In this document: positions 59,660 to 64,000 of the stretch, one piece after another
How positions within the stretch are numbered: position 1 is the first letter of the stretch
How the letters are laid out: each line of letters opens with the position of its first letter
Source: Patescibacteria group bacterium
GTDB taxonomy: Bacteria > Patescibacteriota > UBA1384 > JBAYJO01
Direction: 5' to 3'
Length of the DNA: 64,000 bases
Assembly (NCBI GenBank): GCA_041665085.1
Contig: JBAYJO010000001.1
Span: forward strand, 40,671-104,670
The notes under the pieces: generated by a model
What the model saw: only the letters and a program-made list of their open reading frames with translations
Database searches by the model: none
What the model was told of the DNA's origin: nothing
Program-made: the position numbers and the translations under genes

Positions 59660-61009
59660 ATGCAAGAAGATATAAAAAAAATCGAAGTTGATATTGCAGA
59701 AGCAGCTGGAAAAATTGCCGAGGATGTTAGTGAAATTGGAAAAGATGCTGTTAAAGCTGTTAAATCTGATGTGAAGGTTTTAGGGCCAGGACTTATTACC
59801 GGTGGTGCTGATGATGATTCGTCTGGAGTTGTAACATATTCTCAAGTTGGAGCTCAATTTGGGTATCGCATGAACTGGCTTTGCTTGATTTCGCTTCCGC
59901 TTATGACAGCAGTTCAGGAAATGTGTGCCAGAATCGGTATTGTTACCGGAAAAGGTCTTGCCGGAGTAATAAGAAATCATTATTCAAAATGGGTTTTATA
60001 TTTTGCAGTAACATTACTTTTGATCGCAAACGGAATAAATATTGGGGCAGATCTAGGTGCCATGGCAGCGGTTACAAAATTGGTTTTTGGCGGGAATTTT
60101 TATATTTTAGTAATCATGTTTACTATAATTACCTTATTTTTAGAGATATTCGTTTCTTATAAAGTTTATTCAAAATATTTAAAATGGTTAGCTTTTTCAC
60201 TTTTGTCATATTTTGTAACGGCACTAATTGTTCATCAGGATTGGACTCAAATTATAAAATCAATTGCAGTGCCTTCAATGCCTTTTACAACCCCTGCTTT
60301 AATGGCATTGGTAGGATTTTTAGGTACAACAATTTCTCCTTATCTTTTTTTCTGGCAGGCAGCTGAAGAAGTTGAAGAAGAGGTAAAAGAAAAAAGAATA
60401 TTTGCTTTTGGGTGGGGTTTGCCAAGATTTACATGGAGGCATATTAAAGCAATGAGAAAAGATAATGCTTTTGGTATGATTTTTTCGAATATTGTAGCTT
60501 TGTTTATTATGCTAACTGCTGCTGCAACCTTAAACCGAAATGGCGTTCAGATTACTGATGCTGCTTCTGCTGCCGGAGCATTAAGACCGCTTGCAGGAGA
60601 TTTCGCATTTTCGTTATTTGCAATTGGAATTATTGGTACCGGACTTCTTGGCGTGCCGGTGCTTGCAGGATCAGCTGCTTATGCCGTAAGCGAGTCTTTT
60701 CATTGGAAAACCGGACTTTATCGAAAGTTTAATCAAGCTCATGGTTTTTATGGGATTATTACTTTGGCGACTTTGGCAGGGCTTTGTATTAATTTTATAG
60801 GCATTGATCCAATGAAAGCTTTGTATTATGCCGCAATAGTAAATGGAATCGCGGCGCCTTTCTTGATTTTGATTATTTTGTTTATTGGAAATAATAAGAA
60901 AATTATGGGTAACAAATCTAATGGCCCTTGGTCAAATTTTTTCGGAGTTATTGCATTTCTTTTGATGTCTTTAGCAGTAGCTGCACTTTTCATTTTCTGG
61001 GGGAAGTAA
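59660..61009 (+). CDS. mntH: Nramp-family divalent metal transporter
   Basis: GPGLITGGADDD motif. ~11 TM helices. Confidence 0.8.
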   Translation: MQEDIKKIEVDIAEAAGKIAEDVSEIGKDAVKAVKSDVKVLGPGLITGGADDDSSGVVTYSQVGAQFGYRMNWLCLISLPLMTAVQEMCARIGIVTGKGLAGVIRNHYSKWVLYFAVTLLLIANGINIGADLGAMAAVTKLVFGGNFYILVIMFTIITLFLEIFVSYKVYSKYLKWLAFSLLSYFVTALIVHQDWTQIIKSIAVPSMPFTTPALMALVGFLGTTISPYLFFWQAAEEVEEEVKEKRIFAFGWGLPRFTWRHIKAMRKDNAFGMIFSNIVALFIMLTAAATLNRNGVQITDAASAAGALRPLAGDFAFSLFAIGIIGTGLLGVPVLAGSAAYAVSESFHWKTGLYRKFNQAHGFYGIITLATLAGLCINFIGIDPMKALYYAAIVNGIAAPFLILIILFIGNNKKIMGNKSNGPWSNFFGVIAFLLMSLAVAALFIFWGK

Positions 61010-61141
61010 GATAGTTAGTAAAGTTCGTAAAGTCGAAAGTTTATAAAGTTTATAAAGTTGAAGGTCTAGATAAATAAAATTTTTAATAATTGCAAAACTG
61101 CCCAAAGAATCTTTGGGCAGTTTAGTCAATGTGTTAAGACG

Positions 61142-61531
61142 TTAGCGCCGGCCGTACTTATCCGGATGCAGCTTGCGAATAGCCGCATCAATTCTGACGT
61201 CTCTAAGATAATCTTGGTAAGTGCGATTGAGATCGTCCCGAGCTTCTGTTTCGGCTCCGTTGGAAACTAGGAGATTCACGATCTCATCTCTGCCGCGCTC
61301 GGCAGCCATATGCAGAGGTGTCTTCTGTCTTCTGCTCTGGGCGTTGATGTTTGCATTATGTTCCAAGAGATCGGCAGCTATTTCTGCTTGACCGTTTGCG
61401 CATGCAAGATGAAGCAAGCTCATGCCGTACTCACTAGTCATATCGGGATTACCTCCATTTCGGAGATAAGAGTTGGCAATGTCTCTGTTGCCGTTTTGTG
61501 CGGCTAACAGTATTTCATTATCGTTCATCAC
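61142..61531 (-). CDS. Ankyrin-repeat protein, GC-rich
   Basis: Three ANK repeats (LHLACANGQAEIAADLL, TPLHMAAERGRDEIVNLL). Confidence 0.75.
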   Translation of the reverse strand: MMNDNEILLAAQNGNRDIANSYLRNGGNPDMTSEYGMSLLHLACANGQAEIAADLLEHNANINAQSRRQKTPLHMAAERGRDEIVNLLVSNGAETEARDDLNRTYQDYLRDVRIDAAIRKLHPDKYGRR

Positions 61532-61657
61532 AACATTCCCCTCTCGTTTGATGAGAGTATATTAGCATATAAATATCTTGTTTGTCAAGGTGCTATATTT
61601 GACTTTTGGTTGGTTTTAGTTTAAAATTACAATTATCTTGAGGTGGAGGATGTTCTT

Positions 61658-62296
61658 ATGAGCACTGATTTTCAGGATTTGCGAGAGACACTGGCTTCAG
61701 GAATCGCCAAGGTTCAGGAGACTCTGAAAGATGTTGCCGGCATCATGGGCAAAATGGCACTAATGTGTGGCTATGTAGGGCTTTGGGTTTATATCGGTCT
61801 TTTTCTCAAAGCGCTTCCGGTTTGCATGTTGATGATGGTTGCTATGGTCTATGCGTATCTTGGCCTATATCCGCTTAGGAGTTTTGATCGTGAAGTGGAT
61901 GCTTGGGCTCGAGCGACAGGCAACGACAGAATGAAAGCCCTGTTTGGCATTATGAAGCAGATGGCTTATCTGCAAAGCCGTGCTTGGTTCTATGCTTCTG
62001 CCTTCCTGCTGATACTTATATTGTCATTCGTTATTCTCGGACAGACAGAGAACATGAAGTATTGGGCAGGGATCTATGCAGTATTCGGACTTGTGTGGCT
62101 GTCTTGTAGATTCTACTTCTACACGATGGAGCAGGCAATGATCAAGTCAGTAAGAGCAAAGATGAATTGTCTTGATAGACAAGTACTGGCGGAGATGAAA
62201 GGGAGATTGTCGGGCCCGTACGATCCCTGTTACGGTTATTTCAAGGGTGAGCCGCAACTGTTCCGACTGGTCGATACTTTGGCCAGGACGGAATAG
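61658..62296 (+). CDS. Hypothetical membrane protein, GC-rich
   Basis: RBS GAGGTGGAGG. Four TM helices. Confidence 0.4.
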   Translation: MSTDFQDLRETLASGIAKVQETLKDVAGIMGKMALMCGYVGLWVYIGLFLKALPVCMLMMVAMVYAYLGLYPLRSFDREVDAWARATGNDRMKALFGIMKQMAYLQSRAWFYASAFLLILILSFVILGQTENMKYWAGIYAVFGLVWLSCRFYFYTMEQAMIKSVRAKMNCLDRQVLAEMKGRLSGPYDPCYGYFKGEPQLFRLVDTLARTE

Positions 62297-62404
62297 TAGC
62301 GAAACCAGTTGCCTTGGAAAAGACGAATCTCGGGAGCAGCCACAAGCTGTTCCTGTTTCTTTTCTATAGAATAAAATTAAAATTAAGTGTAAAATTTAAA
62401 TACT

Positions 62405-63121
62405 ATGAAAAATATTGGAAAATTATTTATTGTCGCCACTCCGATTGGTAACCTTGAAGATATAACTTTCAGAGCAATTCGTGTACTAAAAGAAGTCGAT
62501 ATGATCGCTTGTGAGGATACACGACACTCGCGCGTCTTGTTTGACAGATACGAGATAAAAACACCAACCGTGAGCTATTTTGAGGCAAATAGGGCTAAGG
62601 TATTAAGCAAGATTGCTTATATAATTTCCCAAATTCAAAAAGGGAAAAATATTGCTCTTGTAACTGATGCCGGTACTCCTGGAATTTCAGATCCGGGGCA
62701 GTTTCTGATTCAAAAAGCAACCGAGGCTGAAATTGAAATTAGTCCAATTCCAGGACCAAGCGCATTTGTTTCTGCCTTATCAATTTTCGGTTTTAATGAC
62801 GGAAGTTATTTATTTATACCTTTTCTGCCCAAGAAAAAAGGTCGTCAAACCTTACTTAAAAAAATTTGCAGGATGGATTCAGCAATCGTTTTTTATGAAT
62901 CGCCTCATCGAGTTATTAAAACCTTGGAAGATTTAGCGATGTATTTTTCTGCCGAAAGACCTATTGTTATCTGTAGGGAGCTAACCAAACAGTTTGAGGA
63001 AATTTTTAGAGGAACAATTGAAGAAGCACAGAAATATTTTAATGAATCAAAAATTAGAGGAGAATTTGTATTTGTGGTTAAAGGAAGTAATAATGTAAAT
63101 AATAGCTCTCTGAAAGATTAA
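62405..63121 (+). CDS. rsmI: 16S rRNA (cytidine1402-2'-O)-methyltransferase
   Basis: TPIGNLEDITFRAIRVLKEVDMIACEDTRHS. Confidence 0.85.
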   Translation: MKNIGKLFIVATPIGNLEDITFRAIRVLKEVDMIACEDTRHSRVLFDRYEIKTPTVSYFEANRAKVLSKIAYIISQIQKGKNIALVTDAGTPGISDPGQFLIQKATEAEIEISPIPGPSAFVSALSIFGFNDGSYLFIPFLPKKKGRQTLLKKICRMDSAIVFYESPHRVIKTLEDLAMYFSAERPIVICRELTKQFEEIFRGTIEEAQKYFNESKIRGEFVFVVKGSNNVNNSSLKD

Positions 63122-63285
63122 AGGAAATATGGCAAAAGATAAAATTATTCATACTAATAAAAAGAAAAAACCGAATAAGAGGATTCAGAAAAAGCTTCAA
63201 AAAGCGACTGACAAATTAATTGATCAGTATGGGGATGTTTTAAAGAAATTAGGAAAGACCTGATGCAAAATGACAGAATTACTAA

Positions 63286-63386
63286 TTATTCTAATTTCTA
63301 ATTAATTTTCAATGAATAAATTATTAAAAATCATACTTAAATCATTGGTTGTTGTTAATTGTTTAGAAATTAAAAATTAGAAATTT
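63286..63386. repeat. TIR-bounded AT-rich element, copy D
   Basis: TTATTCTAATTTCTAATTAATTTTCAATG ... TTAGAAATTAAAAATTAGAAATTT. Confidence 0.5.
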
Positions 63387-63403
63387 ATTAATTGAGTTAT
63401 GAT

Positions 63404-64000
63404 ATGATTTATTTGAATGAGCAATTAATGGAGGAGATGTGTCACCGCCTAGCGGCGACTTTTTTTAACAAAATTAAAGAACCTATACCTGATTTTTCTA
63501 ATGTTGATAAACCTCTTCTTAAGTCTGCTATTAATTTGCCTCGAGCAACCTATGCAAAACATGAGCTTTATCCAACGCTTTTTGAGAAAGGCGCAATTTT
63601 GTTTTATACTTTAATTAAGAATCATCCATTTCCAAATGGAAATAAAAGAATTGCAACAGCTTCTCTATTGGTTTTTTTGTATCTGAATGATTATTGGATG
63701 GAGACGCCGAAAGGAGTGCTGTACAAAAAAGCGATTAAAATTGCTGAATCTAAAGCAAGTGAAAGAGATGTAATTTTAAAAGAATTGCAGGATTGGATCA
63801 GGGAGGAGATTTCAAAAGAATCAGATGAGGGAAGGTTAAGGCGGCTTCTCATAGGTTTCTGGAGAGCAATTCTTGAGAAAATGACTTTTAAACGCAGAAA
63901 GCTTGATATAGTAAAAGTACCTGTTGTTAAAATGTCTTCAAAGAGAAATCTATTTTTTGGTAGAAAAAAGAAAGAAAATATTACTGTTCAGAAAAAGGGT
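63404..64000 (+). CDS. Fic/Doc-family protein (3' end lies beyond the window)
   Basis: Fic motif HPFPNGNKRIA. No stop before the window end. Confidence 0.65.
   Translation, partial: MIYLNEQLMEEMCHRLAATFFNKIKEPIPDFSNVDKPLLKSAINLPRATYAKHELYPTLFEKGAILFYTLIKNHPFPNGNKRIATASLLVFLYLNDYWMETPKGVLYKKAIKIAESKASERDVILKELQDWIREEISKESDEGRLRRLLIGFWRAILEKMTFKRRKLDIVKVPVVKMSSKRNLFFGRKKKENITVQKKG

Noticed and set aside
59440-59691. 83-aa ORF between rsmA and the Nramp gene
   Set aside because: The product is low-complexity and AT-rich, and it overlaps both neighbours.
1-64000. CRISPR arrays, rRNA genes, integrases or transposases, alternative genetic code
   Set aside because: No spaced direct-repeat arrays were found. 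No rRNA signatures were seen. No recombinase or transposase motifs were seen in any ORF. Long genes are intact under the standard code, so UGA recoding is not indicated.

Overview
This window is AT-rich, gene-dense and small-protein-rich, which suggests (inference only) a reduced-genome, CPR/Patescibacteria-like bacterium using the standard genetic code. The housekeeping backbone is ftsH (5' partial), an ABC transporter, hisS, dnaX, dnaB carrying a LAGLIDADG intein, a UvrD/PcrA-like helicase, rsmA, rsmI, mntH/Nramp, tRNA-Gln and tRNA-Glu. It also holds a full type IV pilus cluster (pilB, pilC, three prepilins, pilX-like, pilMNO), two sensor histidine kinases and four orphan CheY-like receivers. 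An isoprenoid set (dxs, ispA-like, idi, geranylgeranyl reductase, UbiA prenyltransferase) is present too. Toxin-antitoxin modules include HepT/MntA, a PIN protein with a small partner, and a Fic/Doc protein at the window end. Accessory content is rich. Two tandem islets sit at tRNA-Glu, bounded by repeated tRNA 3' fragments plus a hairpin. The second islet carries a GHKL-ATPase, a small STAS-like protein, a membrane-protein operon and a PIN TA. A nucleotide-metabolism island contains a queuosine-precursor transporter, two P-loop kinases, a PRTase, methyltransferases and a Nudix-MTase fusion. Several GC-rich foreign genes are present (PEP-CTERM-like, ankyrin, beta-lactamase family, others). A promoter-to-terminator unit predicts a ~300 nt structured ncRNA of unknown identity. 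A small palindromic element is inserted in-frame into two genes, and there are dispersed TIR-bounded AT-rich elements. No CRISPR array, rRNA, integrase or transposase was seen.
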